From Synechococcus sp. (GTDB lineage Bacteria > Cyanobacteriota > Cyanobacteriia > PCC-6307 > Cyanobiaceae): a DNA stretch of 64,000 bases. Position numbers and translations under genes: made by a program. A model generated the notes under the pieces. It ran no database searches and was not told the origin of the DNA. It saw nothing but the letters and a program-made list of their open reading frames with translations. The stretch covers positions 1,568,001-1,632,000 of the forward strand of contig JBJBDL010000003.1 of assembly GCA_047285305.1 (NCBI GenBank), given 5' to 3'. Positions 8,474-19,401 of this stretch are shown here, in pieces. Numbering within the stretch: the stretch's first letter is position 1; every line of letters begins with the position of its first letter.

Positions 8474-10072
8474 TCAGCCTTTGCTGAAGCGCATCGAGGC
8501 GGGCTGGCTCCAGTCGCCCTGGGCACTGAAGCCGCGCTGGTTGCCGGTGAGGTGACGCAGAATCCAAAAGATCGATTCATCGGTGCCATCCCCGAGGGCC
8601 AGGCGAATTTCATCGGCGGAGCGGGCCACACCGTCGGCCAGGATCGCCTCTACACGGCCTTGAAGGTCGAGAATCGCTGCCGCTGCCTTCTTGCCGGCTT
8701 CCACGCCGGGCTGGTGGTAGGCGTTGATGTTCACCAATTCGCCGTAGAGACCGACGGCACGCTCGAACAATGCGATCAAAGCGCCGAGACGGCGTGCATC
8801 AAAGAGGCGCATGCTGATCGTCATGCTCTGGCGGCCACCCTCGGTAAGGGCTGAGCGGGTGCCCTGCAGGAAACCATCGAGGAAGTCGCCGGGGCATTCC
8901 CCGCCAAGCGTGGGGATATCGCTCACGTCTTCGAGCACCTCGATGAAGGTGGCGAAGAAATTGTCGACACCGTCGCGCAGCTGCTGCACGTAGGCGTGTT
9001 GGTCGGTGGAGCCTTTGTTGCCGTAAACAGCGATGCCCTGATGCACCACGTCACCGTTGCGATCCAGGCGCTTGCCCAGGGATTCCATCACCAGCTGCTG
9101 GAGGTAACGGCTGAACACCTCCAGACGATCGCGGTAGGGCAGAACAACCATGTCGCGCTGACCGCGACCACCACCAGCCACGTACCAGGAAGCGGCCATC
9201 AGGGCGGCTGGATTGCGGCGCAGATCCGCGGCGCGGGTGGCGGCATCCATCTGAGAGGCGCCGGTGAGGAAATCGCGGATGTCACAGCCAATCAAGGCAC
9301 CGGGCAGCAGACCGACAGCACTGGTGATGCTGGTGCGCCCCCCCACCCAATCGAACATGTCGAAGCGCTTGAGCCAAGCTTCCTTCTGGGCCTGCTGATC
9401 CAGCTTGCTGTCGAGCATCGTCACGGCAACGGCCTGGCCGGCCCACTGGCCCCCAGCGGCCTCGAGGCGATGGCGAGCCTGCTCCATGCCGAGATGGGGT
9501 TCGGGCGTCCCCCCCGACTTGCTCACCGTCACCACCAGGGTGCGGTCGAGACGACCCTCCAACCCCGCCAGGACGTTGCTCATCCCATTGGGATCGACGT
9601 TGTCGAAGAAATGAAACGGAAGCCCCTCGCCCGGGTTCTGCAGAGCCTTGATCATCAAGGCGGGTCCCAGACCACTGCCGCCGATGCCGATCCAGAGCAC
9701 ATCTGTGAAGGCTTCGCCGTTGGGGGCCTTAATCGTTCCGTTGATCACATCGCGCCCAAAGGCTGCGATGAGATCAATTTCCCTGGAGATGTGCTGTTGC
9801 AGCTCTGACGAAGGAGCGAGTTCAGGGGTACGCAGCCAGTAATGACCCACCTGGCGCTGCTCATCGGGATTGGCGATGGCGCCGGCTTCCAACTCCTGCA
9901 TCGCTGCGAAAGCCTTGTCCATTCGCGGCTGCAGTTGCTGCAGATCGCTCGCGTTCACGTACATCCGGCTGATGTCGAGCCAGATGCCCAGATCATCGTG
10001 ATACCAGTTGAGATCGCAGAACCTCTGCCACTGAATATGAGCGTCGGAAGCGTTGAAATCCGGAAAGCTCAT
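8474..10072 (-). CDS. pgi: Glucose-6-phosphate isomerase
   Basis: GIGGSGLGP, SKSGGTPE, VGGRTS, QPGVEAGK. Confidence 0.97.
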   Translation of the reverse strand: MSFPDFNASDAHIQWQRFCDLNWYHDDLGIWLDISRMYVNASDLQQLQPRMDKAFAAMQELEAGAIANPDEQRQVGHYWLRTPELAPSSELQQHISREIDLIAAFGRDVINGTIKAPNGEAFTDVLWIGIGGSGLGPALMIKALQNPGEGLPFHFFDNVDPNGMSNVLAGLEGRLDRTLVVTVSKSGGTPEPHLGMEQARHRLEAAGGQWAGQAVAVTMLDSKLDQQAQKEAWLKRFDMFDWVGGRTSITSAVGLLPGALIGCDIRDFLTGASQMDAATRAADLRRNPAALMAASWYVAGGGRGQRDMVVLPYRDRLEVFSRYLQQLVMESLGKRLDRNGDVVHQGIAVYGNKGSTDQHAYVQQLRDGVDNFFATFIEVLEDVSDIPTLGGECPGDFLDGFLQGTRSALTEGGRQSMTISMRLFDARRLGALIALFERAVGLYGELVNINAYHQPGVEAGKKAAAAILDLQGRVEAILADGVARSADEIRLALGDGTDESIFWILRHLTGNQRGFSAQGDWSQPASMRFSKG

Positions 10073-10187
10073 GCCGGGTGGACGGTGCAGACCTGCCGAA
10101 CGTATCCAGAATCTGACGGGATGCCCGCATAAGAGGACACCACAGGTAGTTTCATGTCATCTTCCGCTGACCCCATTTCCATCCCCC

Positions 10188-10958
10188 ATGGCTGAGCCAT
10201 TGCGATGGACACAGCTCTCTTGGTGACAGCAGCGAGCCTGTACCTGGTTGGCCAGTGGTCACAGCCGGTCCCTGAGCTTGGGGATCAGCGCCTCTTGTCG
10301 TGGAGCAAAGGCTAGAGCTAGAGCCCACTCACTTCTCACCCGAAGAACTGAAGCTGCTGCAACGGCGCTCCGGGGTGCACAGCCCCCAGACGCAGCTGGC
10401 CCAGGTGTTCACCAGCGGTGTTGATCAGCTCCAAGCGCTGCGCGCATCAACCCTGGATCGCATTCGCGTGCTGAAGCCGGTGATCCTGCGCCAAACAGCG
10501 GCGCATCACGTGAATTCGATGCTGATCACCGCCTTTCATTTCGACGAAATTCAGCAATGCAAGCCGGGGGAGAACCTCCGCTTCATCGTTCTGGCCTGGT
10601 TAAGAACCACGTCCCGGCCCAGATCAGCCTCTCGGAACTGATCCATCAGAACCGGCTGCCGGCCGAACCCAACGCATGAGCAGATCACCTGGGCCCGCAA
10701 TCAATTTCTGGAACCCGAGATCAACATCACCCTGCTGGCGGCGAAGTTTCAACGGCTGAAGCTGGCCCTTGGTCTGCCGGAGAGCTTGATGCTGCAGGCG
10801 AGTCGATCTTCCCTAGACGCCAAGGCGATTGCGACCCTCACCTGCCTCTACAACAAATAATTGGATGACCCAGCACGGGAGTTGGGCTAACGCACGACCC
10901 TGAAGTGCATGGGTTGATTTACTGCGGTCGCAAACCGAATCCCGACATCACGGTTTAA
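10188..10958 (+). pseudogene. Decayed conserved picocyanobacterial gene (possibly lysozyme/transglycosylase-like), several frameshifts and stops
   Basis: Coherent protein pieces in three frames: ...EPTHFSPEELKLLQRR...FDEIQ..KPGE / SGLVKNH.PAQISLSELIHQ / ITWARNQFLEPEINITLLAAKFQRLK...YNK*. Confidence 0.7.
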
Positions 10959-11382
10959 AACTCCATGTCTAGGGCTTGTCTACGTGAACGGGCCAACCCA
11001 AACCATCATCGCCACATCCAGCAGCTGAGGTATTTAAGCCGCTCAGCATCTCCCCCATCTAGGGGATGTTGAAGTCCCCCTGGCTGTTGAAACATCGATC
11101 CAGATCGGCAGATCGATGAAGCAGCTCCTGTACCTGCTAAGTGGCAGCGCAGTGCAGAGTCGCCAGGGATTTCTATGGCTGCGTCAGGGCCTTCACCACT
11201 CCGGTCCGACGTTCCGATGACATTGTCCCTCTTGCCGGGGCAATGGGGAAGGTGGCTGCAGGTCTGATCTCCAGCCCGACCTACCGCAACGCACCAACGA
11301 ACGTCTCGAGGGGGCATGATCCGGTTGGTTTTGTTCAAGGGATCCTGCAGGGTGACCTTCGCTGAGCCGAAGGAGGCCCAAA

Positions 11383-11622
11383 TCACTTGTGACAGCTCGC
11401 CCGAAACCGATCGGAGCGGCTGGTGGCGGCGTGTTTTGTTTTGCGGCCGCTCACCCGTTTGCGCCAGAGCTTGAACGATGACGCTTTCATCTGTTGCCGC
11501 ATCACTGCGATCACCTGCGGCTCGGAGAGTCCGAATTGAAACTCAATCGCCTCGAAGGGCGTTCGGTCTTCCCAGGCCATTTCAATGATGCGATCGAGAT
11601 CCTCGCTGGGGAGCCTTGTCAC
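11383..11622 (-). CDS. TIGR03643 family protein
   Basis: DRIIEMAWEDRTPFEAI..QFGL.E..VI..MR..MK.SSFKLWRKRV. Confidence 0.9.
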   Translation of the reverse strand: MTRLPSEDLDRIIEMAWEDRTPFEAIEFQFGLSEPQVIAVMRQQMKASSFKLWRKRVSGRKTKHAATSRSDRFRASCHK

Positions 11623-11659
11623 TGATGCTGTGCCCTTAGATGTGAACGCTAACGACGTA

Positions 11660-12547
11660 TCAGGTCACGCAGAGGTCGCCGAGGGCCGCCAGCCGGGTCT
11701 GAAGTTTCGACCAGTCAAAACTGCGGGGATCATCCCGTTCTCCGCCCAGATCCACATGGCGATGGGTGGTGATCGCCGCTGGCGGCAGATTGAAGGAACG
11801 GATCCAACCAGATAACACCAAGGCCAGCGCGTCGTATTGCTTGGAGGTGTAGCCAACGTGGGAACGGTTGGCATTCGCGCCTGATGGTGGTGTCTCCAAG
11901 CTCAGATGCAGAGCAAAGTTGTTGACGGAACCCTTGAGCTTCTTGTTGGTTATCGCCCACTCCCCCAGAAAGGCCGAAAAACCTGCGCCATAGGCCCTGC
12001 TCAAGGGATCCACCAGATCCAGAACGCGTCCGTCCTGGCCCACCAAGGTGTGATAACTCATCTGATCTTCATTGCGGGAGTGGGGCGTCATGAAGGTGTT
12101 CAGAGCGGAGCTCAAGGAGTAGACGGTTTCGTGCAGCACCACCAGCCTCGGGGTGGCATCGATCACACGGCCGTAGGCGTCCTTGTCGTAGCGCTCACCA
12201 AAATTGGTGGGATCGATCTTCACGAACACCCGCCAGGAACTCGAGCGGGCATCGAGCTGGTTCAAACGCGAACGCAAAGCTCTGTCCTCACCCGAACACT
12301 GCCGGGCGAGGGGCGAACGCCAAGAGCGCGCCTTCGGCGGTAGCGGCACCGAAGCGGAGGGGTTGTCCTCCCGTTGGCGACCACGCTCCATCCCCACAGA
12401 AGAGAGCTTCCCTTGCTCCATCAACGACCAGCTGGTCAGCCCCAGAGCCAACGTCCCCGCTGCAGCAACGCCGATGGCGAGCGGGCGGTGCTGTTCAACG
12501 CGGTTCCACACACCGGTGCAGAAACGGCTTAGACGATCTCGAACCAT
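11660..12547 (-). CDS. N-acetylmuramoyl-L-alanine amidase (amidase_2)
   Basis: VVLHETV, SYHTLV, ITTHRHVD..ERDDPRSFDW; N-terminal TM. Confidence 0.85.
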   Translation of the reverse strand: MVRDRLSRFCTGVWNRVEQHRPLAIGVAAAGTLALGLTSWSLMEQGKLSSVGMERGRQREDNPSASVPLPPKARSWRSPLARQCSGEDRALRSRLNQLDARSSSWRVFVKIDPTNFGERYDKDAYGRVIDATPRLVVLHETVYSLSSALNTFMTPHSRNEDQMSYHTLVGQDGRVLDLVDPLSRAYGAGFSAFLGEWAITNKKLKGSVNNFALHLSLETPPSGANANRSHVGYTSKQYDALALVLSGWIRSFNLPPAAITTHRHVDLGGERDDPRSFDWSKLQTRLAALGDLCVT

Positions 12548-14226
12548 CGATCCCGCAGCTGCCGTTGTTCCGTTGTGCACCCAGGATCCCAATCCAACGT
12601 CCAATGGTCCACACCCGCATCAGGGAAGAGCTGGGTCTCCTTGAGCAGGCTGCGTCGTGAATAGGTGACGCGCACACACTCCTGCTTCTCAAGCAGAACT
12701 GCGAGGTCACTGCTGCGACGCACCCGGTAGCCATTGATCGCCAACAGCTCATCACCCACCACAAGCCCTGCCTGTTGCCCGGGACTATCTCGCCGCACCC
12801 GCTGAATCAAAGCGGCGCCCTCAGCATCCTTGAGGGTGAGTCCATGATCGGGATGCTTGAGCGGCACAGGGTCCATACGCAGCCCCAGAGCCTTCACGCA
12901 ATCAAGCAGGGGAACGGCCTCGGGCTGGTCAAGCCATTGATCCAGATCCGAGGCAAGATCGCGATCCCATCGAGCCACTGCCGCCTTGATGTGATCACGG
13001 CTGTAGCCACGGGCCTGACGGCCGGGGCCTTGCCACAACTCCCGCAGGATCGCGGCCATGGAATGGCCGCGCTGCCGCAGGCGCACGTCAAGGCAGAAGG
13101 CCACCGCTGCACCGAGGCGGTAGTAGCTGATCTGGCTGTCCCGCGAGGCTGGCGTGGCTTTGTAGAGCTTGATCCACGCTTCACGGGCACTGGCCGCCAA
13201 CGACTGGATCGAGCAACCGGGTGACATCAGCACGCTGGACAGCTCCTCCCCCAGATCCTTGAGCAGAGTCGGTCGATCCGAACAGCCCGCCAACAGGGGC
13301 AGGCTGAGGTCGAAGTAGCTGGTGATTCCCTCGGCAAACCAGAGGCCTTCGGTGATCACCGCCTGCCCGTAGTCGTAGGGGCGAAGCTCAACGGGCCGCA
13401 GCCGCCGCACATTCCACTGGTGCAGGTATTCATGGCCGATCAGCTGCAACAGCTGCCGGTACCCCTTGGGCTTAGCCAGAGCCGACCAGCTGAACTGCAG
13501 CACAGCACTGTGGTCGTGTTCGAGGCCGCCGTAACCCTGATCAAGCAGTTGCAGCACAAGCTGGTAGCGGTCCCCCGCCGGGGGAGGGGTTCCCAGCAAG
13601 CGACAGGTGGCACTGCACACCTTTTCGATGTCGCTGATGAAGTTCGGCGGCCAACCCATCGGTGGCGTTCCGATCAGCAACAGCTCATGGGTCTTGCCCT
13701 CCACCATGAAGGGTTCTGCCTGAAAAGGCCCCGCGTGCAGCGGGCTGTCCACGAGGGCATCGAAATCGGCAGCGACCCAGCCCTCAGCGCTTGCCTCCAG
13801 CGGCAGATGCACACTCCAGTGCTCCGGAGCCGTGACGGCAACGTGGTGTGGTGACCAGCGGCAGCCGTCGATGTCCATCGCCACAGCAGCGAGGCAGAGC
13901 GACGCGAAATCAGGATCCAGCAACCCGGTGCGGACAGTGAGATCCCGGGCTTCCAGCTGATAGTTGAGCGTGAGCGGGCTCAGATCCGGCAGATCACAGA
14001 GCCACTGGTGCGGCGCCATGCGACGCACCGGCAGCTCCTCGTCATTGGCCAGCAGCTGCAGGCTATGCAAGTGCTGGGCGTGATCACGAACCGTGTACGA
14101 CCCCGGTGTCCACACCGGCAGTTGGAAGGTCTGGCGTTGTGTCTGCGGTGTCCACTGGATGGAGACCGCGATGGTCTGTGTTTCGGGATGGCTCAGATCG
14201 AGCCGGATCTGAACCGGTTCGAACAC
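12529..14226 (-). CDS. M61 family metallopeptidase with PDZ domain
   Basis: WTPGSY, GGLEH, HEYLHQWNV, LWFAEGITSY; C-terminal PDZ. Confidence 0.92.
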   Translation of the reverse strand: MFEPVQIRLDLSHPETQTIAVSIQWTPQTQRQTFQLPVWTPGSYTVRDHAQHLHSLQLLANDEELPVRRMAPHQWLCDLPDLSPLTLNYQLEARDLTVRTGLLDPDFASLCLAAVAMDIDGCRWSPHHVAVTAPEHWSVHLPLEASAEGWVAADFDALVDSPLHAGPFQAEPFMVEGKTHELLLIGTPPMGWPPNFISDIEKVCSATCRLLGTPPPAGDRYQLVLQLLDQGYGGLEHDHSAVLQFSWSALAKPKGYRQLLQLIGHEYLHQWNVRRLRPVELRPYDYGQAVITEGLWFAEGITSYFDLSLPLLAGCSDRPTLLKDLGEELSSVLMSPGCSIQSLAASAREAWIKLYKATPASRDSQISYYRLGAAVAFCLDVRLRQRGHSMAAILRELWQGPGRQARGYSRDHIKAAVARWDRDLASDLDQWLDQPEAVPLLDCVKALGLRMDPVPLKHPDHGLTLKDAEGAALIQRVRRDSPGQQAGLVVGDELLAINGYRVRRSSDLAVLLEKQECVRVTYSRRSLLKETQLFPDAGVDHWTLDWDPGCTTEQRQLRDRWFEIV

Positions 14227-14227
14227 G

Positions 14228-14578
14228 TCAGTTGGTCTGCAGGATCAGCTCAGCGGAACCCACACCACCAAGGCGCACCTCGTCCATGGCGTGGAGCAGG
14301 GCGTAGCGACGGGTCACCCGTTGCAGGCGCTGTTCAAGCCCGGGGTGGCGGCTGATGCGTTGGATGTCGCCATGCATCACGATTGTTCCGTCCACCCGCT
14401 GGGTCCAGCCCAGGGGCATGGCTGAGCCCTGAAACGCGAGCACATCAACGGCATGGGAGTCGTCCGCGAAACCCTGCAATTCGTTCGAACGCTCCACCGT
14501 GAAGCCCTCATCGCACAGGGCCTGAACCAGACGCTCAAGGTCGGTGAAGACAGTCGGCAGGATGGAGAGATGGGACAT
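14228..14578 (-). CDS. DUF1257 (Ycf35-like) protein
   Basis: MSHLSILPT start and LQRVTRRYA motif. Confidence 0.75.
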   Translation of the reverse strand: MSHLSILPTVFTDLERLVQALCDEGFTVERSNELQGFADDSHAVDVLAFQGSAMPLGWTQRVDGTIVMHGDIQRISRHPGLEQRLQRVTRRYALLHAMDEVRLGGVGSAELILQTN

Positions 14579-15211
14579 GGACCGAACCCCGCTTTGACAG
14601 ACCCTAGCCACAACAATCGAGCTGACCAGGCCCCGCTGCAGCTGGGGGTGATGGCATCCGGAAGCGGCAGCAACTTCGAGTCCCTGGCCCAGGCCATTCA
14701 GGCAGGGACTCTCAACGCGCGGATCCAGCGGCTGGTGGTGAACAATCCGGGCTGTGGTGCCCAGCAGCGGGCGGAGCGTCTCGGCATTCCGGTGTCGGTG
14801 CTTGACCATCGCCTGATCAAGGACCGGCGCGAGCTGGACGGCGAACTGGTGCGCCTGTTCCGCGCCGACCAGGTGGAACTGGTGGTGATGGCAGGGTGGA
14901 TGCGGATCGTCACCGAAGTGCTGGTCAGCGGCTATGCCGATCGCCTGATCAACATCCACCCCTCACTGCTGCCCAGCTTCCGTGGCCTGGATGCCATCGG
15001 GCAGGCCCTGCAGGCCGGGGTGAAGGTCACCGGCTGCACGGTCCACATCGTCACCGAGGAACTGGATGCCGGTCCAATCCTGGCCCAGGCCGCTGTTCCC
15101 GTTCTCGATGGGGATGACCACGCCAGGCTCGCCAAACGGATTCAGGAGCAGGAACACCTGCTCCTGCCCAGGGCACTGGCTGAGCTGAAGCCCACCTGGC
15201 GTCAGGGATAG
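14570..15211 (+). CDS. purN: Phosphoribosylglycinamide formyltransferase
   Basis: MASGSGSNF, AGWMRI, NIHPSLLPSFRG; exact start uncertain. Confidence 0.95.
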   Translation: MGHGPNPALTDPSHNNRADQAPLQLGVMASGSGSNFESLAQAIQAGTLNARIQRLVVNNPGCGAQQRAERLGIPVSVLDHRLIKDRRELDGELVRLFRADQVELVVMAGWMRIVTEVLVSGYADRLINIHPSLLPSFRGLDAIGQALQAGVKVTGCTVHIVTEELDAGPILAQAAVPVLDGDDHARLAKRIQEQEHLLLPRALAELKPTWRQG

Positions 15212-16275
15212 AACGACTGCAGGGGCAGCCCCGTCTCCGGAGCGAGGCCCGCCATCAGGTTCAGGCACTGCACGCCCTGCCCGGCCTGACCCTTGATCAG
15301 GTTGTCGATGGCACTCATCAACACCAGCTGGCCGGTGCGGGTGTCCACCTGAACCGACAGCAGAGCACGGTTGGTGTGGCGCGCCCACTTGGTGGCGGGA
15401 TAGGTGCCCACCGGCAGAACCTGAACGCAGGGGTGGTGGCGGTAGATCGCCTCCAGAACCGTGGTGCAATCCTCGGCGGTGAGACCGGGGTCGCGCAGGC
15501 GGGCATACACCGTGGACAGCAGACCACGCACCATCGGCACCAGATGCGGCGTGAACTGAAGCCGCACCTCCTGGCCAGCCACCTCCATCGCCATCTGCTC
15601 GATCTCAGACGTGTGGCGATGGCCGATCACGCCGTAGGGCGCGATGGATTCCGAGGCCTCCGCCAGCAGCATCGCCTCCTTCGGCACGCGCCCTCCGCCG
15701 GAGGTGCCCGTCTTGGCATCAATGATGATGCCGCTGGTCTCGATCAGGCCCTGCTTGAGGAACGGCAGCAAGGGCAGCAGGCTGGCGGTGGGGAAGCAAC
15801 CCGGAGCAGCAACAAGCTTCGCGTCAGCGATGGCAGGGCCGTTCCATTCCGGCAGGCCGTAGACGGCACTGCTGCAGAGTTCAGCGTCCTGACGGTTGAG
15901 GGAGCCGGCCTCCTTGGCGTACACCTGCAGCCACTGCTCTAGGGAGCGATAGCGGAAGTCGGCGGAGAGGTCCACCACCCGCACACCCCGCTCCAGCAGT
16001 TGCGGTGCCAACTGACAGGCCAGGCCGTTGGGGAGGCTCAGAACAGCAAAATCGGAACAGGCCGCAATCCGATCCGGATCCGCTGATTCCACCGTTGGGT
16101 CATCCGGCAGGGGCAGGAAGGAGCAGACGGAGCTCCAGCGTTGACCAGCACTGCGTTCACCGCCAAGAAAACTCACAGACAGGCCGGGGTGGCCCTGAAG
16201 CAGACGGATGGTCTGCAGGCCGCCGTAGCCGGAGGCGCCGATCACAGCAACCCGTCCGCCCTTCACCGTTGCCAT
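15202..16275 (-). CDS. argC: N-acetyl-gamma-glutamyl-phosphate reductase
   Basis: GASGYGG, PGCFPT, DNLIKGQAGQ. Confidence 0.96.
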   Translation of the reverse strand: MATVKGGRVAVIGASGYGGLQTIRLLQGHPGLSVSFLGGERSAGQRWSSVCSFLPLPDDPTVESADPDRIAACSDFAVLSLPNGLACQLAPQLLERGVRVVDLSADFRYRSLEQWLQVYAKEAGSLNRQDAELCSSAVYGLPEWNGPAIADAKLVAAPGCFPTASLLPLLPFLKQGLIETSGIIIDAKTGTSGGGRVPKEAMLLAEASESIAPYGVIGHRHTSEIEQMAMEVAGQEVRLQFTPHLVPMVRGLLSTVYARLRDPGLTAEDCTTVLEAIYRHHPCVQVLPVGTYPATKWARHTNRALLSVQVDTRTGQLVLMSAIDNLIKGQAGQGVQCLNLMAGLAPETGLPLQSFYP

Positions 16276-16376
16276 CGCTTCAACCGCCGACGTTGTCCTG
16301 CCTGCCATTGAACCAACCAGCCAACGGTCGATCGTACAGAGATCAATAATGAAGTCATCTCCCGGCGACCAGGCTC

Positions 16377-18008
16377 CTGAACCCCAGTTCCCTTGACCCC
16401 GCGAACGAACCGATCGCGTTTGATGCCATCAGCGACGCCCTGGCGGCGATCCGCAATGGGGAATGCGTTGTCGTGGTGGACGACGAACAACGGGAGAACG
16501 AAGGCGATCTGATCTGCGCGGCCCAGTTCGCCACCCCGGAAGCGATCAACTTCATGGCCACCGAGGCACGGGGCCTGATCTGTCTGGCCATGGAGGGGCA
16601 GAGGCTGGACGAACTGGATCTGCCGCTGATGGTGGACCGCAACACCGATGCCAACGAAACGGCCTTCACCGTGAGCATCGATGCCGGCATCGAACATGGG
16701 GTGACCACCGGCATCTCCGCCGAAGACCGCGCCGCCACGATTCAGGTGGCCCTCAACCCAGCCACACGGCCAGCGGAACTGCGCCGACCTGGGCACATCT
16801 TTCCCCTGCGCGCCCGTCCCGGCGGCGTGCTCAAACGGGCCGGTCACACCGAAGCCGCCGTGGATCTGGCTCAGCTGGCGGGCCTCAGCCCCTCCGGAGT
16901 GATCTGTGAAATCCAGAACAGCGATGGCTCGATGGCCCGCTTGCCCGAGCTGCGCAGCTACGCCGATCGCTGGGGGCTGAAGCTAATCAGCATTGCTGAC
17001 CTGATCCGCTACCGGCTGGAGAACGAGCGCTTCGTTCGCCGCATGGCCCAGGCCCAGATGCCCAGCCGCTTCGGCAGCTTTCAGGCGGTGGGCTACCGCA
17101 ACGAACTGGATGGCTCCGAACACGTGGCCCTGATCAAGGGTGAGCCCAATGCCCTGAGCGAACCCGTGCTGGTGCGCATGCATTCCGAATGCCTCACCGG
17201 CGATGCCTTCGGCTCACTGCGCTGCGACTGCCGGCCCCAGCTCGAGGCGGCCCTGCGTCAGATCGAAGCGGAGGGCGAGGGTGTGGTCGTTTATTTGCGC
17301 CAGGAAGGGCGGGGCATCGGCCTGATCAACAAATTGAAGGCCTACAGCCTCCAGGAAGCCGGGCTCGACACCGTTGAAGCCAATGAGCGGCTTGGCTTCC
17401 CGGCGGATCTGCGCAACTACGGCGTTGGCGCACAGATTCTCTCCGACCTCGGCATCCATCGGCTGCGGTTGCTCACCAACAACCCCCGCAAGATTGCCGG
17501 CCTTGGCGGCTATGGCCTGCAGGTGGAGGAGCGGGTACCTCTGGTGATGGACCCCGGTGCCCACAACGCCGACTACCTGGCGGCCAAGCGGGAGAAGCTC
17601 GGGCATCTGTTCGAATCCGAGAGTCCCTGCGTGGTGCTGGCTCTGGCGGTGAACGTGGGCCCCGAAAGCTGGCCCACCATTCGCCAGGAAGTGGAAGCCA
17701 TCGCCCAGCGCCATGGCTTCAGCCTTGAGGCCCTGCATGAACCCCGCTTGTTAGCGCTGTGGGATCGACCGCAATTCGTCTGGAAACTGATTCCCGACGG
17801 CGCCGATGCAGCCCCCCTGCTCAAGAGCCTGGCGGCCCTGGCGGCCACCGAGCGGGTGGGTCTGATGCGCGTTCCCACGGAGCGGATGGCGTTGCACCCG
17901 CCCCAGACCCTGGAACGGGTGGAACATCAACTCAATGAGTTGATCAACCTGGGCAGTGACGAACTGCTGGAAAACGGCCCGTCACTGCTGCATTGGACCC
18001 GGAGCTAA
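16377..18008 (+). CDS. ribBA: Bifunctional DHBP synthase / GTP cyclohydrolase II
   Basis: [35 protein letters not shown]; conserved N-terminus lies upstream of the first canonical start, so CTG 16377 is proposed. Confidence 0.95.
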   Translation: MNPSSLDPANEPIAFDAISDALAAIRNGECVVVVDDEQRENEGDLICAAQFATPEAINFMATEARGLICLAMEGQRLDELDLPLMVDRNTDANETAFTVSIDAGIEHGVTTGISAEDRAATIQVALNPATRPAELRRPGHIFPLRARPGGVLKRAGHTEAAVDLAQLAGLSPSGVICEIQNSDGSMARLPELRSYADRWGLKLISIADLIRYRLENERFVRRMAQAQMPSRFGSFQAVGYRNELDGSEHVALIKGEPNALSEPVLVRMHSECLTGDAFGSLRCDCRPQLEAALRQIEAEGEGVVVYLRQEGRGIGLINKLKAYSLQEAGLDTVEANERLGFPADLRNYGVGAQILSDLGIHRLRLLTNNPRKIAGLGGYGLQVEERVPLVMDPGAHNADYLAAKREKLGHLFESESPCVVLALAVNVGPESWPTIRQEVEAIAQRHGFSLEALHEPRLLALWDRPQFVWKLIPDGADAAPLLKSLAALAATERVGLMRVPTERMALHPPQTLERVEHQLNELINLGSDELLENGPSLLHWTRS

Positions 18009-18452
18009 TCAGCCTTCCTGGATCGTCACTTTGTTGATCTTGGAGCCGTTGGCCAGCTTCAGCACCACATCCATGTTGCCTGTGTGGCCGAACACGGTGT
18101 GCACGCCATCGAGGTGAGGCTGGGCCTCATGGCAGATGTAGAACTGCGAGCCGCCGGTGTTGCGACCGGCATGGGCCATAGCCAGGGTGCCGGCCTGGTG
18201 CTTCTGCTGGTTGATCTCGCAATCGATCTGGTAGCCGGGGCCGCCGGTACCGGCCATGCCGCGGGCGCCTTCACGGCTGTTGGGGCAGCCCCCCTGGGCC
18301 ATGAAGCCGGGGATGACGCGGTGAAAGGCCAGACCGTCGTAGAAGCCATCCTTGGCCAGCTTCACGAAGTTGGCGACGGTGTTCGGGGCATCGGCTTCGA
18401 ACAGCTCGAGCTCGATCAGGCCTGCTTCAGTGTCCATCAAGGCCTTGGTCAT
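18009..18452 (-). CDS. Cyclophilin-type peptidyl-prolyl isomerase
   Basis: [36 protein letters not shown]. Confidence 0.95.
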   Translation of the reverse strand: MTKALMDTEAGLIELELFEADAPNTVANFVKLAKDGFYDGLAFHRVIPGFMAQGGCPNSREGARGMAGTGGPGYQIDCEINQQKHQAGTLAMAHAGRNTGGSQFYICHEAQPHLDGVHTVFGHTGNMDVVLKLANGSKINKVTIQEG

Positions 18453-18492
18453 GGTGGCGCGAGCAAAATTGGAGTGTAAAGAGACGCCGACC

Positions 18493-19401
18493 ATGCCCGA
18501 CCTCTCCCAAGCCCGCGTCGGTGTGATCGGCGGCAGCGGCCTCTATTCGATCCCCGGCTTGCAGCAGGTGGAGGAACGCACGGTCGACACACCCTTCGGG
18601 GCACCATCCGATCAACTGCGCCTGGGAGAGCTCGCGGGCGTCGAAACCGTCTTCCTGGCCCGCCACGGCCGCCATCACCATCTGCTTCCCAGTGAAGTGC
18701 CCTACCGAGCCAACATCTGGGCGATGCGTTCCCTGGGGGTGCGCTGGCTGATCTCGCTCTCGGCGGTGGGGTCGCTGCAGGAGCATCTGCAGCCACGCGA
18801 CATGGTCGTGCCCGATCAGTTCATCGACCGCACCCGGGACCGGCCCGCCAGTTTCTTCGGCAACGGCTGCGTGGCCCACGTCAGCCTTGCGGACCCCTTC
18901 TGCCCCAATTTGAGTGCCCTGTTGGCCGATGCCACTGAACAGGGGTTGCCGGAGGGTCGACGGCTGCATCGCGGTGGCACCTATCTCTGCATGGAGGGCC
19001 CCGCCTTCTCCACCCGTGCCGAAAGCAAGCTCTACCGCTCCTGGGATTGTTCGGTGATCGGGATGACCAATCACACCGAAGCCCGTCTGGCCCGGGAAGC
19101 CGAACTGGCCTATGCCTCCCTGAGCATGGTCACCGACTTCGACTGCTGGCATGAGGATCACGACGCTGTCTCAGTGGAGATGGTGATCGGCAACCTTCAG
19201 GCCAATGCCTCAGCCACTGAACCGATCCTGAGTGGATTGATGCAGCGGCTCAAACAGGACCCTCCCGCCTCGCCGGCCCACACAGCCCTCGCCAATGCCC
19301 TGATCACCCCCAAAGATCAAGTCCCGAAACAGACCCGGTCCAACCTTGATCTGTTCACCGCCCCCTACTGGGGACCGTTCGATCAGGCATCCGCCAGCTG
19401 A
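18493..19401 (+). CDS. mtnP: S-methyl-5'-thioadenosine phosphorylase
   Basis: [34 protein letters not shown]. Confidence 0.95.
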   Translation: MPDLSQARVGVIGGSGLYSIPGLQQVEERTVDTPFGAPSDQLRLGELAGVETVFLARHGRHHHLLPSEVPYRANIWAMRSLGVRWLISLSAVGSLQEHLQPRDMVVPDQFIDRTRDRPASFFGNGCVAHVSLADPFCPNLSALLADATEQGLPEGRRLHRGGTYLCMEGPAFSTRAESKLYRSWDCSVIGMTNHTEARLAREAELAYASLSMVTDFDCWHEDHDAVSVEMVIGNLQANASATEPILSGLMQRLKQDPPASPAHTALANALITPKDQVPKQTRSNLDLFTAPYWGPFDQASAS

